A DNA stretch of 64,000 bases, taken from the IMG/VR virus record IMGVR_UViG_3300033069_001311. The stretch is one strand, 5' to 3'. This DNA comes from an uncultured virus (IMG/VR IMGVR_UViG_3300033069_001311) (taxonomy: Duplodnaviria; Heunggongvirae; Uroviricota; Caudoviricetes). Both the position numbers and the translations under genes were made by a program. A model generated the notes under the pieces. It worked only from the letters and a program-made list of their open reading frames with translations, made no database searches and was not told where the DNA came from. Each line of letters opens with the position of its first letter. Within the stretch, counting starts at the first letter, position 1. This document shows positions 36,966-46,392 of this stretch, in pieces.

Positions 36966-37601
36966 CTACGGCTTGTAGATATACTGAACTGCCCCGTTTC
37001 GGTTTACAAGCAAAGACGTCGGGGCTCCCGGCAGGGCGGGGACAATTCGTTCGAGCCACGGACCGGGGCCGGAAGGACCGATGGCGCGAACCCTGAAATT
37101 GTACGTGGACGTAGCGTCTGTGGGGACGGTCGTTGATAATGACGCGGTCATCACACTGGCATAGTCTGCCGAGACGGTTGTCTTGAACTGGACCTCGTAC
37201 TGGAAAACCAATTGATCGGCCGGATTCGCGTTCCAGGCAACAGTGACGGAATTGGTGTCCCTCCGCATGGTAACATTGGCGACCAAGGTCGCCGGAAGAC
37301 CGGCTGGCACAGTGTAGACTAGCTCGTCTGATGGCGGAGACTCCAGTGCGTCACGGAACGCGGTTGCAACAAAATAGTACGGGACACCAGGAGTAATGTC
37401 GTTGAACACATAATTGGTGTTACTCCCGGCTTCGAAGTGCTCCGCGTAATTTCCGCTCGCTGGACCACGGTAGATTCGATAGATGACGTCGCCTGCATCG
37501 TCTGGAGACCGATCCCAGGTAAGCTCGACACGTGCTGATACTGCGGCCTGGGCCGACAACACAGAGACGATCAATGTGATTAGTGAAAGAATGTTTCTCA
37601 T
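36966..37601 (-). CDS. fibronectin type III domain protein with signal peptide
   Basis: MRNILSLITLIVSVLSAQA; LTWD..YRIY..YYFVATA..ES..S; second FN3 with YNFRVRA. Confidence 0.85.
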   Translation of the reverse strand: MRNILSLITLIVSVLSAQAAVSARVELTWDRSPDDAGDVIYRIYRGPASGNYAEHFEAGSNTNYVFNDITPGVPYYFVATAFRDALESPPSDELVYTVPAGLPATLVANVTMRRDTNSVTVAWNANPADQLVFQYEVQFKTTVSADYASVMTASLSTTVPTDATSTYNFRVRAIGPSGPGPWLERIVPALPGAPTSLLVNRNGAVQYIYKP

Positions 37602-37603
37602 AG

Positions 37604-39247
37604 TCACTGAACTGAAATCCTTCCGACTCTTGCGGAATTGGCGGTTGCGTGGCCCGATGGCTGAGAAAGAGGGAGTATCACAAAAGCGTTGAACAGCGGA
37701 GCCGTGTGGACATTCGGATTGAATGTGAACTGGTTCTCTATCTGCCCAGTCACCTCAGATATGTTCGTGTTGAGGAGGGATATGTCTATCGACGGGGAAG
37801 ACGCGTTGTAATTCGCCGTTAGGACAGGGGTTCCTAAGAAGTCCTGAGCATCCCGAACCTCGAATCTTTGCCCATGCGCCAACCCTATGCCAGAAAGGTC
37901 GACATTGACAGTACTGTTGGATTGCCAGTTGAACACCACCAAATGCGCCCGACCCACTTCGTATTTATTGGTCCGAAGGAAGGACACGTTAGACGAAGGC
38001 ATATTCGTTGTATAGGTACTGTTCGCGTCAAACCCGTAAGTATTCGTCCAAGCCGTGAATGTAAGCTCGGGTTCGTAGACCTGATATCGAAACGGCTCGA
38101 ACGGCTCCCACAATTCGACACCTCCGTTATATGTGTTGCTGTTGATGACGTACGACATGCTGTTGGTGGGGGTAGAAATCTCGATAAAATTTCCGCTCCC
38201 ACCGAGAGACGTCATCGGACTCGTAGCGGTAACCCACTCGTTGCTGAACGACGTGGTGACAAAGGTGTTCCCAACGACGTTAACGCCTTGCCACCTTTTC
38301 AGCCACAATTCCGACTGACGGTAGTTAGGGTACGCTGTCTGATAATTGTTCGAGTAGACCAAGCCATAATGGGTAGAAAAACCAGTGTCTTGGAAATAGC
38401 CCATCGTATTCTTAAAGCTTCGATAGTCTCTGTTGTTTATTATAGTGCTGTTCGAAATGCTGTTGTATAGGCATTCCACAGCCAACCCAGACACATTATT
38501 TTTAAAGGTTATGTTTCCGTCAAAAACCATCCCGTTGACGTATCCATTTTGGCCGTACGCCTGTATTCCTTCAGTAAGATTCCGCCCTGATATGTTGTCC
38601 GAAACTATCAAAGAGTTGTAGCGATTCTGGAGATACATCCCAGCACCACGCGTCAACGGGTTTGTTTGTGTGTACGGCCCAATCCCGTACTCGAAAATTC
38701 CCACCCCCCAAATAATGCACCCGTGAATCTCACGCCCTTCCCCTTCATTCTGGAACGATCCGATCCCGGCATGCCCTGTGTTGTAGATCACAAGATTTAT
38801 CGCCTTGTGGCCCACTCCATTTATAGACAGCGCAGTAGGTCGGTTTGCATAGACATTTGTCCTGGCGTTAGAGCACGTGATCTCGAATCCCCAAAATGTA
38901 GTCCAACTTCCTCCAGCATTGATGCCACCGTCTATGATAGCCCGTTCATCCGAATACTTCCTCACTACTATAGGGGCGTTAGAAGTGCCGACGAGGGAGC
39001 ACTCAAAAACGTTCGATCCAATCCCGTAGGTCCCTCCTCTGAGCCAAATCGTATCCCCGCCCTGCACCATAGAGTTTGAACTAGCTGGAGATGTGTTGTC
39101 GCCCAAAGCAGTGACGATGTCCCAAGGCGACCCAATGGACCCGGACCCGGAACTAGAACCGCTCGTAGATGCGTAATAGCTCGCCGCGCCTGCCGTCAAG
39201 ACAAGGCGGCACAAACACACTAACACGACTAATACTCTTAATATCAT
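37604..39247 (-). CDS. pectin-lyase-like beta-helix protein (putative depolymerase) with signal peptide
   Basis: MILRVLVVLVCLCRLVLTAGA-ASYY; GSIGSPW, GDTIWLRGGTY, Asn-ladder repeats. Confidence 0.8.
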   Translation of the reverse strand: MILRVLVVLVCLCRLVLTAGAASYYASTSGSSSGSGSIGSPWDIVTALGDNTSPASSNSMVQGGDTIWLRGGTYGIGSNVFECSLVGTSNAPIVVRKYSDERAIIDGGINAGGSWTTFWGFEITCSNARTNVYANRPTALSINGVGHKAINLVIYNTGHAGIGSFQNEGEGREIHGCIIWGVGIFEYGIGPYTQTNPLTRGAGMYLQNRYNSLIVSDNISGRNLTEGIQAYGQNGYVNGMVFDGNITFKNNVSGLAVECLYNSISNSTIINNRDYRSFKNTMGYFQDTGFSTHYGLVYSNNYQTAYPNYRQSELWLKRWQGVNVVGNTFVTTSFSNEWVTATSPMTSLGGSGNFIEISTPTNSMSYVINSNTYNGGVELWEPFEPFRYQVYEPELTFTAWTNTYGFDANSTYTTNMPSSNVSFLRTNKYEVGRAHLVVFNWQSNSTVNVDLSGIGLAHGQRFEVRDAQDFLGTPVLTANYNASSPSIDISLLNTNISEVTGQIENQFTFNPNVHTAPLFNAFVILPLSQPSGHATANSARVGRISVQ

Positions 39248-39269
39248 CGGTCACTGCGCCGGACGGTAC

Positions 39270-42200
39270 TCATCGCTTAAACAATCTCAGGTTGCGCTGG
39301 CCAAGTGCATCTATTGACACCAGTGGAAGTGAGTTAGATCCAGTTGACCGGAAAACGGTTGCCCCAAATCCGGTTACACCCGACGGCAAAGTGTTCGTTA
39401 TGGTCGCGGACCAGACATTCGAGTACGTCGCAGCCCCTGTCGCTTTCTGGACCAAAAACGATGCGGTAGCCGCTCCTACGTCCGCCGTCGAAACCAGCCT
39501 CATCATGTCAGTGTCTGAAGTGACGACTTGGTTGGAAGTAGTGGTGTAGGTAGCAGATCCGCCTGAAATTAATACGCCAGACCAAAAGCCGTTTTGCAAA
39601 AGAATGAAAACTCCATCTGTCGGGAGAACGGTGTCGAACCAAGCGTCTTGAAATCCGAAATAGCCAGTGACTAGGTTTGTCTCGTGGATGAGGCAAACCG
39701 TCGTATGCTCATGCCCTCCTCCGTTCAGTGCGAGCGAATTCGGGCTGACGATTAATTGGTACCCACTGCTGGCACTAGTAGACGATCGCATTGACCAAGT
39801 TCCAAAATTGTTTGTAGACGACGCATCGTTCAACAATGTGCCAGAACCTAGCGAGATTCCTAGGTATGGAGAGAATGCGGAGGATGCGCTTGTTCCCAGT
39901 CCTTCAACCCACGTGTCTCCGTTAGCAGTGTTGTAATATGGAAGACTGTTGATTTTCTCGGTCGTGAGATTTGTGATAGTACCACTTGAAACAGGAGTTC
40001 CATTCCAATTTGTGTCACTGCTGCTAAATGATGCCAATGCGACAGCAACGTTCGTAGATCCTACATACAAAGTCGGAGCGCCAAAGCTTCCCGTATTCGT
40101 AGCCGTACCCGTAAAGGAAGGCCCAGCAATATTTGCTTTAAGCGCAATCGCCGCTGCGACATTGGTCGACCCAACATAGAGCGTAGGCGCCCCAAAACTG
40201 CCTGTGTTGGTGGCGGTGCCAGTGAAAGAAGGACCGGCAATCGGAGCTTTGGCGGCAATCGCTGCTGCGACATTGGTCGATCCGACGTATAAAGTAGGGG
40301 CGCCCATGCTGACCGCGTTGGTCTGAGCAGTGGCCACAGCAGTTCCGGCTGCCATCGAAGTCAAATCCGAGTCCAGTGGCTGCTTCGCCGCCAATGCTTC
40401 TGCGATGTTCGTCGACCCCACGTACTGAACGGGAGCGCCAATGCTCCCGGTGTTAGTCAACGTCCCGGAGAACGTCGGGCTCGCCTTCGGCGCCCGTAGT
40501 TCCACCTCGTCGTAGACCGAATTCTCGTTCGGAACATTGGTTGACCCGTTCCACCCTGCACCATAGGCATTGTCCGGGACTGAAAGATTGGTGACAACCG
40601 TGATAGATCCAATCGACAAATCGTTGAACGTAGTTGTGCCAGAGAATGTGTTCGTGCCGGTGAAAGTGTTGTTGCCGGATTGCCGTGCGATCGTCGAAGC
40701 GATCCGGGCATCGGCGACCGTCCCGGAAGTGATCTCGGAGCCGTTGAGATTAGTCAGCGACGCGCCATTCCCAGAAATCCCAGCTTGAGCGACGATGGGT
40801 CCGAGGAAATAATTCGTCGTCGAAAACATGTTCACTTGGTCGAGGTAACTGTAAACTCCCTCGCCCATCACGAAATACGGGATGGTAGCCCACGTGTTGG
40901 TGTCGGTCTGTTCCCACACTTGGTAAGTGTCCAAATTGACGTAGTACGAACCAGTGCCCTGAGAGTAATTTGTCGGGCTGCCGAATCCTGTCAGCCACCG
41001 CGAAGACAACACACCGAGGTTGGACCGAGCGTCCGCGGCGTTTGCGGCGCCCGTCCCCCCGGAAGCCACTGCGACGGTGCCGGTCAATGAGAGCGTCCCG
41101 GACGCGGTCACCGGTGATCCGGAAAACCCAAGTCCGGAAACCGTGGTTGAGGCGCCCACGCTGGTCACGGTTCCGGAACCTCCACCGCCACCAGACCCGC
41201 CTACGGTCACGGGTTCCAAGATCCAGAAGCGGTACCAGTATCCATTGGGCTGAGCACCAGTGCCGTTAAGCTTGGAGTGGATCTTAAACCCAGTAGTCGT
41301 TTTCTCGGCGACGTCCCAGATCGCAGGTTCGGAGGAGGAGAGCGTGTTGGAATCTTCAATCTCAACCCCCACGAGATAATTGGTGTCGGATCTGGTCGTG
41401 AGAGCGACGGCTACAATCATCGCGACGGACCCAGATCCGGAGTTGTGCGTAATCGCTTCGACAACCCCGTTCGTCGCCGAATCCGCGATATTGTTGACGG
41501 TGGACCTGAAGATGCCGTAGCCAGTCCGCTGAAGAACATTGTCGGTCGTACTCCCGCCGCTCGGACCGATCGTCGCGAGGATGGCGTTCAACCCCGGGAT
41601 CATGTTCGTCGTCACCTGTTTGTAGGTGTAGTCGCCCGCGAGAAAGTTGGTCGACGTCCCGGTGCCCGACGTACCGAGTTTATCCTGCGATATCTGACCC
41701 GATGCGATATGATTCGAGCTGATACTTCCGGTATCGAGGTTAATCGCGGTTCCGGAGCTGGAAACCGTTACGGACCCAAAGTCGCGATCGGGGAGTCGAA
41801 TGGTGACGTTGGTTCCGGAGACGTCGAACAAACCCGTCGTCGCGGCGTCCGTGAAGTTCGGACTGCTCACAGAGACTCCATCAACGTAGACCGAAGATCC
41901 GCCCCCGCCACCAGTCGCGCTCAGAGTCCCGGAGACGAGGGACAGCCCGGACCCGATCTGGAGCTGCTCAATCGCACCGGAGCCCGAGGTCGACCGACCG
42001 AGGAGCCTGCTCGTTGAAATGCTCTGGAGCTTGCTGAAGACGACAGACGCCGGGAATAGGTCGACGGATATGTTGGTCGAGAGGTCAATGTACCAATCCA
42101 TCTCGGTAGAATCGAGAAAGTTGGGCCCAGTGACAGACGTACCGCCGACACGTACGAGGGTCGTGTTGGTCCCCGTCGCGCTGAGCACGCCGTTCGTCGT

Positions 42201-43421
42201 CAGAGCGAGACCAGTCCCGAGGGTGATCTGAGAGACCGACCCGGTTCCAGTCGCCCCGCGCCCGAGGAGGGTGCCGGACGAAACGTCTGCAATCTTCGAA
42301 AGCCCGACGGACCCGGCGTTAAGGGACATGTAGACGTTTGTCAGCGCCGAGATGCTCGCCGAAATCTCTGCGGCGTTCAGCATGTTCGGGGCGGTGACCG
42401 CGGTCCCGTTCACCGAAAATCCCGTCACGGAAGGGTTGACCGTGGTGCCCGACATGCTCAGGCCGGTCCCGAGGGTGATCTGCTCCGGACTCCCGGATCC
42501 AGAGCTGCCACGGCCTACCAGCTTCCCGGCGCCGATGCTCTCCAGCTTCGACAGCGCGACCGACGTCGAGAAAAGGCTGAAAGTCACGTTTGTCCCCGAC
42601 GCGGTCGGATTGATCTCGATCGAGTCCGCGAGGTTCGGAGTTGTGACGAGGGTGCCGTCCACCCCAATCTGGAACGAGTTCGTGCCGGCGGGAACCGTCG
42701 CCGAAAGCACGCCGCCGCCAGAGAGCGCGAGGTTCGCTCCGATCGAAATTTCCGACACGTTCGCGGAAGACCCTGATGGATTGCCTAGGAGACGCTGCCC
42801 GGACACGGTCTGGATCTCGTCGTAGTCGACGGCGTTCGGGTAGAGTTGAGCGTAGAGGTTCGTGCCGTCCGGGACGTTCCAGTAGAGGTCGCCAAAAGAA
42901 ACGAGATCGAGGTTCGTGAACGTGAGCCCGTCGACCGTTGCGATGAGCGGGGTTCCGGACGAGCCGGACCCGACCAGATTGGTCATGGCGAACGTAACGG
43001 AGTTCGACGCGACCGTGACCTGCATGTTCGTCCCGGCCCGGAAAAGATTCGACACAGACACCCAGGCTCCATTGATCCAGAGGGCGTTGTATCCGTACGG
43101 CGGAAGAACGCCGGCCCTCACCGAAGAGTTCGTCGGGTTCTCCAAGTAGAGGAGCCGGTATCTCCCGGGGAAGTTGGTGTTCGACGGAGAGAAGATCGTA
43201 GCGTTATCCGCCGCGTTCGTGTCGGCTGAAGAATACCCGAGGACCCGAGACCAACCATCGTTCAAGTTCGTCCTGCCTGTCACGATCACGGTCGCCCGGC
43301 CAGCCACGGCAAATGCGTTGGGGTTGGCGGAGAGCAACTCCGTCATCGTGGCGTAGCGGCGCACCTCCACCTGAGCGAGGGCCGGTAGAGCAAGCAGGAG
43401 AAACAGGAGGTATCGGATCAT
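39270..43421 (-). CDS. long tail fibre with signal peptide
   Basis: start MIRYLLFLLLALPALA-QVE coupled by ATGA; Gly/Ser/Thr-rich fibre repeats. Confidence 0.85.
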   Translation of the reverse strand: MIRYLLFLLLALPALAQVEVRRYATMTELLSANPNAFAVAGRATVIVTGRTNLNDGWSRVLGYSSADTNAADNATIFSPSNTNFPGRYRLLYLENPTNSSVRAGVLPPYGYNALWINGAWVSVSNLFRAGTNMQVTVASNSVTFAMTNLVGSGSSGTPLIATVDGLTFTNLDLVSFGDLYWNVPDGTNLYAQLYPNAVDYDEIQTVSGQRLLGNPSGSSANVSEISIGANLALSGGGVLSATVPAGTNSFQIGVDGTLVTTPNLADSIEINPTASGTNVTFSLFSTSVALSKLESIGAGKLVGRGSSGSGSPEQITLGTGLSMSGTTVNPSVTGFSVNGTAVTAPNMLNAAEISASISALTNVYMSLNAGSVGLSKIADVSSGTLLGRGATGTGSVSQITLGTGLALTTNGVLSATGTNTTLVRVGGTSVTGPNFLDSTEMDWYIDLSTNISVDLFPASVVFSKLQSISTSRLLGRSTSGSGAIEQLQIGSGLSLVSGTLSATGGGGGSSVYVDGVSVSSPNFTDAATTGLFDVSGTNVTIRLPDRDFGSVTVSSSGTAINLDTGSISSNHIASGQISQDKLGTSGTGTSTNFLAGDYTYKQVTTNMIPGLNAILATIGPSGGSTTDNVLQRTGYGIFRSTVNNIADSATNGVVEAITHNSGSGSVAMIVAVALTTRSDTNYLVGVEIEDSNTLSSSEPAIWDVAEKTTTGFKIHSKLNGTGAQPNGYWYRFWILEPVTVGGSGGGGGSGTVTSVGASTTVSGLGFSGSPVTASGTLSLTGTVAVASGGTGAANAADARSNLGVLSSRWLTGFGSPTNYSQGTGSYYVNLDTYQVWEQTDTNTWATIPYFVMGEGVYSYLDQVNMFSTTNYFLGPIVAQAGISGNGASLTNLNGSEITSGTVADARIASTIARQSGNNTFTGTNTFSGTTTFNDLSIGSITVVTNLSVPDNAYGAGWNGSTNVPNENSVYDEVELRAPKASPTFSGTLTNTGSIGAPVQYVGSTNIAEALAAKQPLDSDLTSMAAGTAVATAQTNAVSMGAPTLYVGSTNVAAAIAAKAPIAGPSFTGTATNTGSFGAPTLYVGSTNVAAAIALKANIAGPSFTGTATNTGSFGAPTLYVGSTNVAVALASFSSSDTNWNGTPVSSGTITNLTTEKINSLPYYNTANGDTWVEGLGTSASSAFSPYLGISLGSGTLLNDASSTNNFGTWSMRSSTSASSGYQLIVSPNSLALNGGGHEHTTVCLIHETNLVTGYFGFQDAWFDTVLPTDGVFILLQNGFWSGVLISGGSATYTTTSNQVVTSDTDMMRLVSTADVGAATASFLVQKATGAATYSNVWSATITNTLPSGVTGFGATVFRSTGSNSLPLVSIDALGQRNLRLFKR
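40040..40500 (-). repeat. 36-codon tail-fibre repeats
   Basis: GAPTLYVGSTNVAAAIA.KA.IAGPSFTGTATNTGSF repeated 3-4 times. Confidence 0.85.
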
Positions 43422-43639
43422 GGCGGGACGATGTCTTTCCGGCGGTAGTGGACGGCAGAGGCGTTGGCAATCCAGTCGACGCCCTCGATCCCTGTCTCGT
43501 CGTTCCCGGGGTCCCGGGCGAAACCAGCCATGGACCCATTCGAATCCTTCGTCAGGAGAAACCCAACTTGGACATTCGACACCTGAAAATCTTCGAGCGT
43601 CGGAAAATACAGCGGTGTGCCGTAGACCCAGGTGGACAT
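43418..43639 (-). CDS. small protein paralogous to C-terminus of upstream gene
   Basis: DETGIEGVDWIANASAVHYRR vs DETGTEGVDWIKNVSEVHYRR. Confidence 0.8.
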   Translation of the reverse strand: MSTWVYGTPLYFPTLEDFQVSNVQVGFLLTKDSNGSMAGFARDPGNDETGIEGVDWIANASAVHYRRKDIVPP

Positions 43640-45960
43640 TACACAACCCTCCGGTAATGGACTTCGCTCACGTTCTTGATCCAGTCGACGCCTTCAGTCC
43701 CCGTTTCATCAGTCCCGTCGGTGTACTCGAAGAAGGCGAGCGCACCGTTGATGTCGATCGTGATGATGAGCGGAGCGGTGACAGTCGAAACGTAGACGTC
43801 GGTGTATGCCCCGAACCATACCGGAGTCGAAACGTCGTACTCGACATAATCCGGATCGCTTGACTCTTCGGGCCCAAGGTACTCCCGGTAGAAGATGCGG
43901 AAAACGTTCCGTGTGGCCGCCGTCTGAAGGATGTCCGTCCCGTTCGGCACGAGGATGGAGTCCGACGGGAGCATCTGCCACATCCCGATGTTGCCGTCGC
44001 TCGGTTCGAAGTTGAGAACGAGCGCCCATGCCCAATCTGTCCGCGTGTCGGCGACCATGTCGGCGACCGTGTCAAAGTAGACCAACCCGCCACCGCCGGC
44101 CCCAGTGCCGGACCCGACAAGGACAGTCGCAGCCCGTGAAAGCTCGGCTCCATTCGGGCCCATTACCAGCACCCGATAGGAGTTGGACGTCGTCACGCTT
44201 TCGATCAGATACGTCGAATCGTTTGCGTCGGCGATGTCTTCGCCGTCGAGCTGCCATTGATAAGAGAATGGGGTCGTGCCGGAAGCGGTGACCGACAGCA
44301 ACGCAGCCGACCCTTCGGCGACGACCATGCTGGCCGGATGGATCGTGATGGAGGGGTCTGCTGGCATATCGGCGTAGACGCTGAGGATTCCGGGGTCGTC
44401 CAGCTCAAGGGTGTCTTGGACGACACCGTCGAGGTCGACGAATTCGAAGGTCGCAGTGTCGCAGTCGGCCGTGAGGCGGAGGTACCCGAGTTCCTCGACC
44501 CGCTCCTGCGATCCGGGGTAGGGGTTCTCGCGGAAGGATTCCAACTCCCCGCCGCCGGTCCCGACATTGATGTGACTGCGGTTCCGGATGTAGAGACGCT
44601 CGTAGTTGTGCGGGTGCGCCGTAAGGACGACGTGGACCGGGAGATTGCTCACCCACCGGACATCCGCCAGACCGGGGTATGTCTCAGCGCCCGATGTGTA
44701 CGGAGGGTGGTGGAGGACGGCGATCTTCCACGGGCTGGTGTCGCGCACGATCGCGGCGAGGATCTCGTTGTACTGCTTGCCGCCCGCGTAGTTCTTATCC
44801 GGCTCGACCAGCTCGTCCGACGAATTGATCCCGGAGTTGATGACGAAGATGGACACCGGGCCTCGGGTGATCGTGAAGTATCTACCATTCCCCGGGTTCC
44901 CGACGAGGGTCCGAACATCCGATCCGAGCGCCCCGTCGTCCATGTCGACATTGCCGAGGGCCGCCCGGAGGCGGTCGTCCGCGGTCCAGGCGCTCCAATA
45001 CGAGAGGGTAGTAGTCGCTCCCTGGCTGAGGTTCTTCGAGTCGCCCAGCAGGACGATGAGCCCGTCCGGATTGTCCTCAGCGAGGAGATCGGGGATCGCT
45101 TCGGGGCTCGGGTTCGCGTCGCCGACGTTCCCCACGAAGGAGAACTCGTATGTCGAATCGGTTTCGGTAGCGGCGGCCACGGCGTCGGGGGTGTAGACAT
45201 TCCACTCCGCGGCGCTGGCTTCCTCTGCCGTCGCCGGTTCCCCGTGGAGTCGGGTCTCCTGCTCGCAGGTCACCGAAATGTCGGCGAGGGCTTCCCGCCA
45301 AGCCAGCTCCTTAACCGGAAGGTCGTTGCACCCCCACTTCCGACCGTACTCCAGCTCGACGAACAGCCGACAGAGGCGAATGAAGTCGGCGTCACTTGGG
45401 ACGAGGTCACTATCCGCCCACGATCGCTTGATCCCCTGCCACTCGACCACGAGAGACTCCGTGGTCTGAAGCCAAGGCCCGACGTAGAGACGCTTCGATG
45501 TCGGGTCGATGGCGTAGACACCGGTCTGGGCCCGGCCGCACGTGGCGTCGGATGACGTGTTCGGGACGTCGAACCCCATAGGCAAAGCAGAGGTGCCGTT
45601 TGGGACGACGGTCTGGTAATAGGCGTTGTTCCACATCGTCTGCCACCGGGCCTGCCACCGACGGAACTCTCCGATGGAGACCGGGTTGTAGACGACGGGA
45701 TTGCACCAACCCTCGTTCTCGACCGTGTAGGCGCGGAAGATGCGCCCGGTCGGGGCCGTAATAACAGAAGCGCCGCAATGCCAGAAGGTCTGGCACGCGG
45801 CGTACACGTTATCGTGGCGGTAGCGGAAACACTTCACCGCCCGCTGGATCTCGATCACAGCGGACAGGACGTAGGACTCAATCGACGTCTGGAGGTTCTC
45901 GGGCACCCCCAGCGGGAACGCTCCCGCTAGGACTTCGACTTTGAGTTCGGCGTAGTTCAC
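43639..45960 (-). CDS. tail adaptor (tubular A-like) protein fused to degenerate metallophosphoesterase and Ig domains
   Basis: N-terminal adaptor-like region; LLGD, LGNVD, HHPPY, AHPHNYER; ITIHPAS...YQWQLDG Ig domain. Confidence 0.7.
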   Translation of the reverse strand: MNYAELKVEVLAGAFPLGVPENLQTSIESYVLSAVIEIQRAVKCFRYRHDNVYAACQTFWHCGASVITAPTGRIFRAYTVENEGWCNPVVYNPVSIGEFRRWQARWQTMWNNAYYQTVVPNGTSALPMGFDVPNTSSDATCGRAQTGVYAIDPTSKRLYVGPWLQTTESLVVEWQGIKRSWADSDLVPSDADFIRLCRLFVELEYGRKWGCNDLPVKELAWREALADISVTCEQETRLHGEPATAEEASAAEWNVYTPDAVAAATETDSTYEFSFVGNVGDANPSPEAIPDLLAEDNPDGLIVLLGDSKNLSQGATTTLSYWSAWTADDRLRAALGNVDMDDGALGSDVRTLVGNPGNGRYFTITRGPVSIFVINSGINSSDELVEPDKNYAGGKQYNEILAAIVRDTSPWKIAVLHHPPYTSGAETYPGLADVRWVSNLPVHVVLTAHPHNYERLYIRNRSHINVGTGGGELESFRENPYPGSQERVEELGYLRLTADCDTATFEFVDLDGVVQDTLELDDPGILSVYADMPADPSITIHPASMVVAEGSAALLSVTASGTTPFSYQWQLDGEDIADANDSTYLIESVTTSNSYRVLVMGPNGAELSRAATVLVGSGTGAGGGGLVYFDTVADMVADTRTDWAWALVLNFEPSDGNIGMWQMLPSDSILVPNGTDILQTAATRNVFRIFYREYLGPEESSDPDYVEYDVSTPVWFGAYTDVYVSTVTAPLIITIDINGALAFFEYTDGTDETGTEGVDWIKNVSEVHYRRVV

Positions 45961-46392
45961 TTAGTGCTTTCGTTTCGAACCTCGCTTTCTCACTTCAGGC
46001 GCGGTCGGAACAGCGGATAGGTTATCAGACTCACCGGCGTCCACAATGGATGCGTCGCCGCTATCCGCCGCAGCAGGCTCGGCGGGGCCGGACTGGGGAT
46101 CGAGGGGCACGCGTTGAGGAACCGTTATCCCCTCCGCCGAAATATGCTCCCGTTCCGGCCGGAACAGGGGCGCCCCCTTCGCTTTTCCCACGAGGTCGTC
46201 GTACTCAGGCTTCTCAATCTCCTGGATGACTCCGCCGACCTTACGCTCGATGCAGCGGAGGAGTGACTTGATATTCGCCTCGCGGTCTGTCGCGTACCAC
46301 CCCACGGCGCCGTCGACAGTCGCCCACGAAACGACCTGACCCCCAGCCGCGTAAATCTTGACGCTGGGGGTCAGGCTCTTGAAGTACCTCAC
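45961..46392 (-). CDS. hypothetical virion-module protein
   Basis: 143-aa ORF downstream of capsid genes. Confidence 0.7.
   Translation of the reverse strand: MRYFKSLTPSVKIYAAGGQVVSWATVDGAVGWYATDREANIKSLLRCIERKVGGVIQEIEKPEYDDLVGKAKGAPLFRPEREHISAEGITVPQRVPLDPQSGPAEPAAADSGDASIVDAGESDNLSAVPTAPEVRKRGSKRKH

Noticed and set aside
39270..43421. Diversity-generating retroelement or invertase shufflon on fibre genes
   Set aside because: No reverse transcriptase or recombinase, and no adenine-specific TR/VR pair seen
43422..43646. N-terminal extension of the tail fibre ORF (and similar ones at 27716-27865 and 24571-24711)
   Set aside because: These overlap neighbouring genes in other frames; downstream ATGs give signal peptides and fit the gene spacing
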